Shown: one piece after another, positions 16,244 through 24,513 of the stretch
Numbering within the stretch: the stretch's first letter is position 1
Layout of the letters: each line of letters starts with the position of its first letter
Assembly (NCBI GenBank): GCA_029838215.1
Contig: JALGVI010000028.1
Location: forward strand, 1 to 33,134
Direction of reading: 5' to 3'
DNA: 33,134 nucleotides
Source of the DNA: Candidatus Helarchaeota archaeon
GTDB lineage: Archaea > Asgardarchaeota > Lokiarchaeia > Helarchaeales > RDOG01
Notes under the pieces: model-generated
Databases searched by the model: none
Told to the model about the DNA's origin: nothing
What the model saw: only the letters and a program-made list of their open reading frames with translations
Translations under genes and position numbers: made by a program

Positions 16244-17440
16244 ATGTTGCCGGCAATGAGCATTGGAGTTTTGGTTTTTTTTCTTATCTTGGGTTTAATT
16301 TTTGCCATCTGGTTCTGGGCATCTCGTATTGTCGTCGTTCCCCCTAACGAGGCACACGTCGTGGTTTCAAAGAAAAAGCGATATCTGTATGATGGAAAAG
16401 GAAGATACATGTTCATCAAGTTATTGCACAGGAGATTGATCATTCCGAAAGTTGTAATTGACGTGGACATACCGGACATCAGATTGCATGACAAGGACAA
16501 TTTACCATTTGTCGTGAAAATTTCGTGTAAGGTTCAGGTCAAAAATCCAGAGAAGGCAGCCGAAACACTTGGGGCAGACATATATAAGACTTTGAGACGA
16601 ATAGTTGATGATACAGTTCAGAGTGCTGCTCGAACAATCTGCATGCAAAAAGACATTCTTTCAATAATGCGAGAACGTGAAAATGTGGAAGAAGGAATAT
16701 ATTCTTCATTATCCGGTTCGTTTGTCAAGTTAGGATTAGAACCCATCATCTTCGATATTAAAGACATAACTGACGTGAAGGGAAGTTCGGTCATCAGGGA
16801 TCTCGAGCGCGTGAAAAGTGCTGAACTGGATAAGAATGCACGGATTGCAGAGGCGTTCCATGATTCCGAAGCAAAAAGAGTTGAAGCCGAAAAACACAAA
16901 GAAGCGACGGTAACGCAAGAACAAATGATGCAAGCAGAGAAGGAGGCAGAAATCGAGAAAGAAAAATTTGTGGTTCAACAGACAGAAGAATTAGTTCGCA
17001 GGAAGATGGCAATTAAGGAGCTTGAAACAAAACGTGGTGCCGAAATTGAAAGGGAAAAAGAAGTCGTGCTTGCAAATGCTAAAGCCGAGGCAGTGAAAAT
17101 TCAGGCTGAAGCAGAAGCCCAAGCCATAAAACTAAAGGCTGAAGCAGAAGCAGCAGGAGTTAGGGCGAAAGCAAAGGCATTAGAGGAATACGCCAAGGCC
17201 GGTGAGTCAGGCATTAAAATGAAGTCTCTGGAATTGATCATTGATGGAGTGGTCCGATCTTCGAAAGAAATCGCAGAGGGTCTTAAACAAAATAGCAAGG
17301 TTGTCATCCTTGGAGGTGGAAGTGATGGAACCCAGGGGAATTCGTTAATGAACTTGATTCCAATGGCTGAGGTCTTAAAAGAAACGGGAATTCTCAAATC
17401 GTTGACTTCAGAATTGAAAAAAGGACTGGAAGAAGATTAA
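16244..17440 (+). CDS. SPFH/band-7 flotillin-like protein
   Basis: N-terminal TM helix, VVPPNEAHVV SPFH start, AEA/EAEA-rich coiled-coil flotillin region. Confidence 0.9.
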   Translation: MLPAMSIGVLVFFLILGLIFAIWFWASRIVVVPPNEAHVVVSKKKRYLYDGKGRYMFIKLLHRRLIIPKVVIDVDIPDIRLHDKDNLPFVVKISCKVQVKNPEKAAETLGADIYKTLRRIVDDTVQSAARTICMQKDILSIMRERENVEEGIYSSLSGSFVKLGLEPIIFDIKDITDVKGSSVIRDLERVKSAELDKNARIAEAFHDSEAKRVEAEKHKEATVTQEQMMQAEKEAEIEKEKFVVQQTEELVRRKMAIKELETKRGAEIEREKEVVLANAKAEAVKIQAEAEAQAIKLKAEAEAAGVRAKAKALEEYAKAGESGIKMKSLELIIDGVVRSSKEIAEGLKQNSKVVILGGGSDGTQGNSLMNLIPMAEVLKETGILKSLTSELKKGLEED

Positions 17441-17594
17441 AGATCATTCTCAAAATCGAATAAAAAATCCTTTTCACATTTTTTTTAAACTTATATAGCA
17501 GCTTTTCTATAACAGATATTTGAATGAAACGAGCAAATGACAATAGTTTGCTAGTGAATTCTTGCTCGTTAATGACAAAAACAAAGGGTTTTAA

Positions 17595-18317
17595 ATGGCT
17601 AGTGATGATTTACCAACAATAACGGCTCCGATAACGGCTCTTCCATCTACGATTACTAATATTTTTGGTTTAGGGACTCCCGCAGGGTTGACACCTCCTA
17701 TTCAAATGAGAATGCCTGCCATCCAACGAATAGTTGTGATTTTGCTTGATAATTTTGGTTTGCTCGAAGTTGTGGTTCACAAGCCCAAATTCGTCATCCA
17801 GGCTTCGAAGGCACTCATAATGTTGGAGACACAAAATCCTTATTCTCATTCGGTACTTCACCAGATAATCCACGGGGACTTGGAGAGGAATGATTTCAAT
17901 TTATTTCAATTCTTGAATCAAAATCAAAAGTCAACTCTCATGATAGGGAGTAAACAGGACTTGGATGCTTTTTCTGGAGGAACTAAAACCATTTCGAGCG
18001 TACAAGATACGACCAGTTGGGTTCAAGCATCCAAATTTTTAAATCGCGTTGATTTTCTCTGGGTTCACTTTTTAGATTTTGAGAAATTGTATACAAATCC
18101 CATCTATAGGAGACAACCACCTGAAAATCTGGTGCAAAAATTAATACATCGCACGGATAAGTGGATGTTAGGAATGTACAAGCAAGCTGCAGCCGGAACG
18201 TTATTAATAATTACAGGGGACCACGGGCGCACTCACGTGGACATGTATGATGAAAATACGAAATATGGCCAGTGGAGAAAAGCAAGCTTGCCCATTGCTG
18301 TCCTTTGTCTAAAATAA
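17595..18317 (+). CDS. Compact alkaline-phosphatase-superfamily (PglZ/NPP-like fold) protein
   Basis: Core strands IVVILLDNFG and TLLIITGDHG characteristic of the AP superfamily; substrate unknown. Confidence 0.65.
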   Translation: MASDDLPTITAPITALPSTITNIFGLGTPAGLTPPIQMRMPAIQRIVVILLDNFGLLEVVVHKPKFVIQASKALIMLETQNPYSHSVLHQIIHGDLERNDFNLFQFLNQNQKSTLMIGSKQDLDAFSGGTKTISSVQDTTSWVQASKFLNRVDFLWVHFLDFEKLYTNPIYRRQPPENLVQKLIHRTDKWMLGMYKQAAAGTLLIITGDHGRTHVDMYDENTKYGQWRKASLPIAVLCLK

Positions 18318-18359
18318 TCATTTTTTTATAATATACGTGAATAAAATGAAGGATTTTTA

Positions 18360-18776
18360 ATGGAAAAAGAAAAGTATCAACGATTTAGCGTTTCTCTGCC
18401 AGAAGACCTGCGAAAGGAATTCGATAGTGTTTGTGAGAAGATCGGCATGTCTCGCTCGGATGCAATCAGGAAAGCCATGCGAGATTACATTGGAGAATAC
18501 AGGTTGGCTCATGAAGATAAGAGTCTCTCTTCCGGCTCAATTACGATCATTTTAAATCATGATGAACGTTCTGGTTTGATGGATGACATAACGGACCTTG
18601 AGCATGATTATCACGAAATCATCCAATCTACGTTACACGTTCATTTAGATCATGATAATTGTCTCATTGTTCATGCTGTTAAGGGCCCGATAAGTGAAAT
18701 AGAAAAACTCTTTCAGGAGTTTCTGAAACGACCCGAAATAAAGTTGGTAAAGAAAAACATGATGATTACTGAATGA
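18360..18776 (+). CDS. nikR: Nickel-responsive regulator NikR
   Basis: Ribbon-helix-helix RFSVSLP...SRSDAIRKAMRDYI plus ACT domain with EHDY...HVHLDHDNCL Ni ligands. Confidence 0.92.
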   Translation: MEKEKYQRFSVSLPEDLRKEFDSVCEKIGMSRSDAIRKAMRDYIGEYRLAHEDKSLSSGSITIILNHDERSGLMDDITDLEHDYHEIIQSTLHVHLDHDNCLIVHAVKGPISEIEKLFQEFLKRPEIKLVKKNMMITE

Positions 18777-18925
18777 GTACATCCATCAAAGAAAGAGCTC
18801 TTAACTTGATGCACGTATTTTTAACATCCTATTGATATTTGTTAAATTAGAAATAAAACAGCATGTTTACTAGTATAATTAAAAAAACGTGGTTATTAAA
18901 AAATACGCCAAAATGAGGCGTTGAG

Positions 18926-19738
18926 ATGCCAGATGCGAAGAAGATATTGCAGGATCTTAGTGAAGGTTTGATGTCAATCGAGCAAGCCGAAAGATTGCTG
19001 AAGGCAGAGCGACTAGTTGTCATTGATGACGTGGTACGATTGGATTTACACCGTGTCTTTCGCACGGGCGTTCCTGAAGTGATTTATGCCGAAGGAAAAT
19101 CGCCAAAAATGGCTGCAAAAATCGCTTTAAAAGCAGCAAGAGAAAATAATTATGCGGTCATAACTCGGGCTTCTCCAGAACATCGGAATGAAATTTCAAG
19201 GCAGTTACCAAATGATTTCGAACTTGATGGAAATCCAGACGCGCGCGTTTACGTGCTCAAGCATAAAGATTTTCAATTTAAGAATACTGGTGGACGCGTG
19301 GGAATAATTACTGCAGGAACTTCAGATTTACCAATAGCTGAAGAAGCGAGAGTTGTTGTGGAGGTATTGGGTTGTGAAATCATCGTGGCCCATGATGTTG
19401 GGATAGCAGGGTTTCATAGAATCTTTCCGCCATTAAAAGAGATGATAGAAAATGACGTGGACGCAATTATCGTTTGTGCAGGTTTCGAAGGAACTCTACC
19501 TGGAGTTGTGGCTAGCTTGACTGACGTTCCCATTGTTGCAGTTCCCACGTCGATTGGATATGGTGTTGGAAAGAATGGATATAGCGCGTTAATCACGATG
19601 CTTGCGAGTTGTTCACCAGGCTTGGCGGTGGTAAACATTGACAATGGTTTTGGGGCAGGCGTGTTGGCTGCTCAGATTGCAAATCGAGTTGCCCGTTATC
19701 GACAAGAAAAGAGAGAAACAGGAGTAAAAAACAGATGA
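18926..19738 (+). CDS. larB: Nickel-pincer cofactor biosynthesis protein LarB (AIR-carboxylase-like)
   Basis: RLDLHRVFRTGVPEVIYAEGK, ITAGTSDLPIAEEA, DVGIAGFHR, AGFEGTLPGVVA, PTSIGYG, VVNIDNGFGA. Confidence 0.93.
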   Translation: MPDAKKILQDLSEGLMSIEQAERLLKAERLVVIDDVVRLDLHRVFRTGVPEVIYAEGKSPKMAAKIALKAARENNYAVITRASPEHRNEISRQLPNDFELDGNPDARVYVLKHKDFQFKNTGGRVGIITAGTSDLPIAEEARVVVEVLGCEIIVAHDVGIAGFHRIFPPLKEMIENDVDAIIVCAGFEGTLPGVVASLTDVPIVAVPTSIGYGVGKNGYSALITMLASCSPGLAVVNIDNGFGAGVLAAQIANRVARYRQEKRETGVKNR

Positions 19739-20964
19739 GGACGTGCGTGATAGATTGTCAAACCTCCGGCATTTCAGGAGATAAATTCCTTGCCACTTTA
19801 GTAGATTTAGGTGCTGATGTGAATCGCATCAAGTCAGCGATTAACTTAATTCCAAGTCATTTATCCGGTTGTGAGAAAATCCGAGTGGATTTTGTCGACA
19901 AGGTTTGTTCAGGTTTTAAAAGCACTCAATTAAAAGTTCAAATTAAGGAAAAAAAAGGTCATCGTTCTTCAGGTATTTTACTTTCATCATTAGAAAAATG
20001 TCTCAGAGACGTTGCCATTTCTTCACGATCTCAGCAGTTTGCTCGGGAGGCATTGAATCAACTGCTTGAGAGTGAGGCGTGTCTCCATGGAAATACCGTG
20101 TCTGACGTGCATTTACATGAGGCGGGATCGGCAGATACGATTATCGATATTTTGGGTGTTGCTGTAGCTCTAGATGATTTAGGGTTAATGAATAATTGTA
20201 ATTGGCACGCTCTACCCATTGCTCTTGGAGGGGGAAGTGTTACGTTCTCTCATGGTACTGTTTCGGTTCCAGCTCCCGCCACTTTGGAAATTTTAAAGAA
20301 AAAAAAAGTATTAATTCACGGCGGTACGATAAAGACAGAATTAACGACACCGACTGGAGCAGCTCTCGTATCGGCATTAATTGATAAATCAGTAGAATTC
20401 ATTCCAAAAATGGCTGTCGAGAAAGTCGGCTACGGAGCAGGGACAAAAACATTTGGCTCAGTCCCAAACATCATGAGGGTTTTGGTGGGAGAAACTCATT
20501 CGAATCCGTTTCAGGATGATGTTATTGTCATTGAAACGAACGTGGATGATATAAGTGGAGAGGTCTTAGGTCATTTAGTAAATAGGTTGATGTTACACGG
20601 ACAAGCGTTAGATGTGAACATTTTTGCAACAGTGACGAAGAAAAATCGCCCTGGACATGTCATTCAGGTAATCGCCAGACCTAACCAAGAAGAAATAATC
20701 AGGTTATTAATGAATGAAACGAAATCCTTGGGAGTGCGCGTTTTGCCTTGTCATCGCCATGTTTGGCATCGAGAGATTGAACAGCGCTTGATACAGATTG
20801 ATGACAAAAAGCACGAGATCACGTTCAAGATTGCAAAAAATCAAGAGGGCGAAATAGTCAGCATCAAACCCGAATTTGATGAAGTCGTTAAACTTGCAAG
20901 TAATTTAAATAGACCTGTAAAGGAGATTTTGGATTTACTCCGTGCCACTTCAAATGATCTCTAA
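19735..20964 (+). CDS. larC: Nickel insertion protein LarC (full-length, unsplit)
   Basis: SGISGDKFL, HLHEAGSADTIIDI, PAPATLEIL, ELTTPTGAA, GYGAG, IETNVDD, KKNRPG, KPEFD. ATGA overlap with larB. Confidence 0.93.
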   Translation: MRTCVIDCQTSGISGDKFLATLVDLGADVNRIKSAINLIPSHLSGCEKIRVDFVDKVCSGFKSTQLKVQIKEKKGHRSSGILLSSLEKCLRDVAISSRSQQFAREALNQLLESEACLHGNTVSDVHLHEAGSADTIIDILGVAVALDDLGLMNNCNWHALPIALGGGSVTFSHGTVSVPAPATLEILKKKKVLIHGGTIKTELTTPTGAALVSALIDKSVEFIPKMAVEKVGYGAGTKTFGSVPNIMRVLVGETHSNPFQDDVIVIETNVDDISGEVLGHLVNRLMLHGQALDVNIFATVTKKNRPGHVIQVIARPNQEEIIRLLMNETKSLGVRVLPCHRHVWHREIEQRLIQIDDKKHEITFKIAKNQEGEIVSIKPEFDEVVKLASNLNRPVKEILDLLRATSNDL

Positions 20965-20982
20965 GAGTTAGGAAGGATATTT

Positions 20983-22767
20983 TTGAAGTTCGCTTTACTA
21001 GCAAAAACGTTCAATAAAATTGAGAGTACATCTGGAACTTTGGCGAAGATTGATCTTTTAGTCAAGCTATTCCGGGGAACCTCGTCCGACTTAGTAGACA
21101 AGATCATTTATCTCATGGCGGGACATCCAAGTTGGATGGACGAACCGGAAATAGGGATTGCAGAAAAGTCTGCAATAAAAGCCGTGGCACAAGTTCACGG
21201 CATTTCTGTTTCCAAATTAGAAGAAAAGTTAGGCAAGTTAAGTGGACAACCCGAGTCAATAACGGTGGATTTAGGAGCCCTTGTTGAATCTTTAAAAAAG
21301 TCTACAAGACAAAAGACTTTATTTGATGAAGGTCCTCTCACGATAACTGAAGTCTATGAAAGTTTGAAGTCAATTGCACGTTTTTCAGGGTCGGGATCGT
21401 CAGCAAAAAAACTCAGGAGTTTAGAAGCACTTTTAAGGCGTGCCTCCCCTGCCGAAGGCAAGTGGATCATTCGAATGGTTGAAGGTAAATTTCGAATAGG
21501 GATTGCCGATAAGGCCATTTTAGATGCGCTTGCCATTACTTATACAGGAGATAAAGTAAATCGTAACGTGATTGAAACTGCGTATAACATTTGCACGGAT
21601 TTGGGTCTTATTGCGAGAACTCTTGCATACGAGGGTCTGGATGGGATCAAAAATATTCGAATTCGTGTCGGAGTACCTATAAAAATGATGCTTGGACAGC
21701 GCTTGCCCACAATTGAAGAGATATTAAAAAAATTTGGAGGTACTTGCGGTTGTGAATTTAAGTATGACGGCATTCGAATTCAAGCGCATAAAAAGGGAGA
21801 AATCATCACTCTTTTTTCTCGTAACTTGGAGAAAATAACAAAACAATTTCCGGATGTTGGTGAACAGATAAAGAGACTTCCACATGATCAAGTTATCGTT
21901 GAGGGTGAGTGTGTTGCCATTGACCCTGAAACTCAAAAATTGAGGCCATTTCAAGAATTAATGCATCGACGACGTAAGTTCGACATTGATAAAGCCATTA
22001 AACAATATAGAGTCAAATTATTCTTGTTTGACCTTCTTTATTTGAATGGAAAATCTTATTTGAATGAAAAATATGAAGATAGAAGAAGAGTGCTTGAGGA
22101 AACGATTGCAGGAAGTGAAATGGGACTGGCAGAACAGAGAATTGTTGATAACGTGGATGATTTTGAAAATTTTTTAGAAGAATCCCTCAATTCGGGATGC
22201 GAAGGTCTCATGGCGAAGGCTTTAAATTCAAAGTACACTGCTGGTGCCAGAGGATGGTCGTGGATCAAGTTCAAGTTTTCTTATCAAGAGCAATTGACCG
22301 ACACCATCGATCTCGTGATTGTTGGAGCTCTCATGGGCAGGGGCAAACGTGCAGGAGCATATGGATCTTTATTTGGAGCAATATATAATCCGGACACCGA
22401 TCAATTTGAAATATCCTGTAAGATTGCAAGTGGTTTTACGGACATGGATTTGGAGCAGTTTAAAAAGACTTTTAGTTCTCTACAACTTGTAAACAAGGAT
22501 TCTAGGGTGATAGACTCACCTACAATCAAACCTGATGTTTGGTTCGAGCCGAAGGTCGTTCTTGAAGTAAAAGGAGACGAAATCACTTTGAGTTCCAAAT
22601 ATCCTGCGGCTCGGGATGTCATACGCAAGGGTTATGGCTTGTCAATAAGATTTCCCCGTCTTGTAACCATTAGAGAAGACAAAAAACCAGAAGACGCAAC
22701 GACACGGGACGAATTGATACAATTATATGAAACACAGAGAACATTACAAGGAAAAGCCAAGAATTAA
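20983..22767 (+). CDS. lig: ATP-dependent DNA ligase I
   Basis: Adenylation motif EFKYDGIRIQAH, EGECV, FDLLYLNG, EGLMAK, WIKFK, DLVIVG, IRFPR. Confidence 0.97.
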   Translation: MKFALLAKTFNKIESTSGTLAKIDLLVKLFRGTSSDLVDKIIYLMAGHPSWMDEPEIGIAEKSAIKAVAQVHGISVSKLEEKLGKLSGQPESITVDLGALVESLKKSTRQKTLFDEGPLTITEVYESLKSIARFSGSGSSAKKLRSLEALLRRASPAEGKWIIRMVEGKFRIGIADKAILDALAITYTGDKVNRNVIETAYNICTDLGLIARTLAYEGLDGIKNIRIRVGVPIKMMLGQRLPTIEEILKKFGGTCGCEFKYDGIRIQAHKKGEIITLFSRNLEKITKQFPDVGEQIKRLPHDQVIVEGECVAIDPETQKLRPFQELMHRRRKFDIDKAIKQYRVKLFLFDLLYLNGKSYLNEKYEDRRRVLEETIAGSEMGLAEQRIVDNVDDFENFLEESLNSGCEGLMAKALNSKYTAGARGWSWIKFKFSYQEQLTDTIDLVIVGALMGRGKRAGAYGSLFGAIYNPDTDQFEISCKIASGFTDMDLEQFKKTFSSLQLVNKDSRVIDSPTIKPDVWFEPKVVLEVKGDEITLSSKYPAARDVIRKGYGLSIRFPRLVTIREDKKPEDATTRDELIQLYETQRTLQGKAKN

Positions 22768-22774
22768 AGGGAGA

Positions 22775-23716
22775 TCAAGGAAGGAGTCCTTCTTTCTCGG
22801 CTAAATGCTTTAGGATTTTATTCTTTTTCTCCGGATCGATCTTATCCCAGCTTCCATTTTGGAACGTGATCTTGTCATTTTCAATGGTGAAGCTGCATAT
22901 TTGCCCCACGGGACCTTCGACTTTAATCAACCGGACATCATGTGGTTTTTTCGTTTGACCAACAAAAATCTCATCAATTTCAGTTAATATCGAAGTGATT
23001 ATTAGACCGGTTCGCATTTCACCCATGGTTTTTTTATCGAGCATTGATTTTCCTTTTGACACGGGTTGGGTGATCGGTTCAAGTGAGAGAGGAGGTTTCA
23101 TTGGAGCAGCAGAGGTTGATGTCGAAGGACCTTGTTGTGAATACTTTGGAATTGCTGTAGCGGTACTGGATTCAGGAGGCGGTGCAGGTCGAAATTCACC
23201 GATTATCTGTTCAATTTTTCTGGTGTCATCCCCTGCAGATGGGGCCGCAATGGCGGCTTTTACTAAATTGGCACGTTGTTCAGTAGTCAAGCCATATTTA
23301 ATGTTTGAAGACCCAAGTTCGGCGGCATCATATTGTGCTAAAATATTTTCGATTTTATAAGTGTGTGGCGTGTTTACCAAGCGCACGATCGAATCAAACC
23401 GCTGTTTCTGTTCAGGATCACTATCAAGCGCATCTCCCCGAATATCATATACGTCTTCTAAATTACGACCAATCACGGAGTTTGCAATTTCGTGTCCATA
23501 TGCCTTTAGACTCCTAGCAGCACGCATGGACCCACGACGTTGAACTAAACCAGTCGATTTACCCATCCAGACCCAAAGCTTGTTATTGACTTCATCAATA
23601 ATGGCAACTATATTATCGTCCCGTAGGTTTTCTATCGTGAAGGGCACCCTATGGGACATGCCTTCTTCAATTTGAAGCATGATGGCGAATTTCGCATCTG
23701 TTCCCAATTTGTTCAT
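22775..23716 (-). CDS. Gelsolin-domain protein with Pro-rich linker and uncharacterised C-terminal domain
   Basis: N-terminal DDNIVAIIDEVNNKLWVWMGKSTGLVQRRGSMRAARSL fits the gelsolin-repeat core (D-x-hhh-D...hW-hW-x-G-K...helix). Confidence 0.72.
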   Translation of the reverse strand: MNKLGTDAKFAIMLQIEEGMSHRVPFTIENLRDDNIVAIIDEVNNKLWVWMGKSTGLVQRRGSMRAARSLKAYGHEIANSVIGRNLEDVYDIRGDALDSDPEQKQRFDSIVRLVNTPHTYKIENILAQYDAAELGSSNIKYGLTTEQRANLVKAAIAAPSAGDDTRKIEQIIGEFRPAPPPESSTATAIPKYSQQGPSTSTSAAPMKPPLSLEPITQPVSKGKSMLDKKTMGEMRTGLIITSILTEIDEIFVGQTKKPHDVRLIKVEGPVGQICSFTIENDKITFQNGSWDKIDPEKKNKILKHLAEKEGLLP

Positions 23717-23897
23717 CTCGCGTAGTTAAAAATGAATATTCAGGATGTTATTTTATATCTAATAAGCAATTTAAAATTTTTTGGATTTAGTGCAATATCT
23801 GTTCTCATTAATCAAAACTCATTTTATTTCGTGGAATTCCATCCAATTTTTTAATTAAATTCAGTAGAATAGAATAGTTCTATTAGTTCTCAGAAAA

Positions 23898-23914
23898 GGA
23901 AAAAAGTTATAAAA
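23898..23914 (+). promoter_or_regulatory. Probable BRE/TATA promoter of the profilin gene
   Basis: A-rich BRE-like run followed by TTATAAAA (23907-23914), about 50 nt upstream of ATG 23967. Confidence 0.5.
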
Positions 23915-23966
23915 GGGATGAGAAAATGGTTTTTCTAAGAGAAAATCGATCTCAAGTAAATTGGAG

Positions 23967-24326
23967 ATGAATATATTGGACCAAGCAATCAATGCAATTT
24001 ACGGCGAGGAACCGAGCATAACGGCATTAGCAATAGTGGTAAATGACCAGATATATTGGCAAACCGAAAATTGGGATTTGACCGCAGACTTACCCGGAAT
24101 ATTATCCACGTGGACTGGTGGTGGCGGTGGGTCTATTAACATCAGTGGAGTAAAGTACATAGTGCTATCTGCAGGTCAGGATCACATCTCAGCAACGAAC
24201 ATACAGGGGCAAGGTCATATTGTTGGATGTCCTTGCAAGTCCGGAAAAATCATCGCATATGTGAGTCCAGACGGAGATAATCGCGGAGCTTTGATGGCTC
24301 TTCAAAAACATGCTCACGAAATTTAA
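23967..24326 (+). CDS. Asgard-type profilin
   Basis: 119 aa with QTENW, GVKY, TNIQGQGHI, AYVSP and RGALMALQ, matching the motif order of Lokiarchaeota profilins. Confidence 0.88.
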   Translation: MNILDQAINAIYGEEPSITALAIVVNDQIYWQTENWDLTADLPGILSTWTGGGGGSINISGVKYIVLSAGQDHISATNIQGQGHIVGCPCKSGKIIAYVSPDGDNRGALMALQKHAHEI

Positions 24327-24396
24327 GTTTCCTTTTTGTTTTTTTTATTTCTTTTCACATCTCAAGATTTATTTTACGTGATACCATCAGCTACGT

Positions 24397-24477
24397 GCAG
24401 CTGGCATGTGATTCGCGACCCCTACGGAACTTGATTTTCAAGTGATGACGGAGATCTTGAGTGATGATGCCAGTTGC
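24397..24477 (+). ncRNA. Candidate box C/D guide sRNA (sRNA-3)
   Basis: 10-bp terminal stem GCAGCTGGCA/TGCCAGTTGC, bulge TGT, C-like GTGATTC (24408-24414), 16-nt guide, D' TTGA (24431-24434), C' GTGATGA (24442-24448), 15-nt guide, D-like ATGA (24464-24467). Confidence 0.78.
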
Positions 24478-24513
24478 CATTAATTGCGAGTAAAAAGAGA
24501 TTTTAGGTTGAAA

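Noticed and set aside
17040-17200. Repeated GCTGAAGCAGAAGC (AEAEA) sequence in the SPFH gene
   Set aside because: Ordinary flotillin coiled-coil coding repeats, not a DNA repeat element.
18814-18907. CGTATTTTT / AAAAATACG inverted repeat upstream of larB as a NikR operator
   Set aside because: The half-sites are ~76 bp apart, far from the ~15-16 bp spacing of characterised NikR operators.
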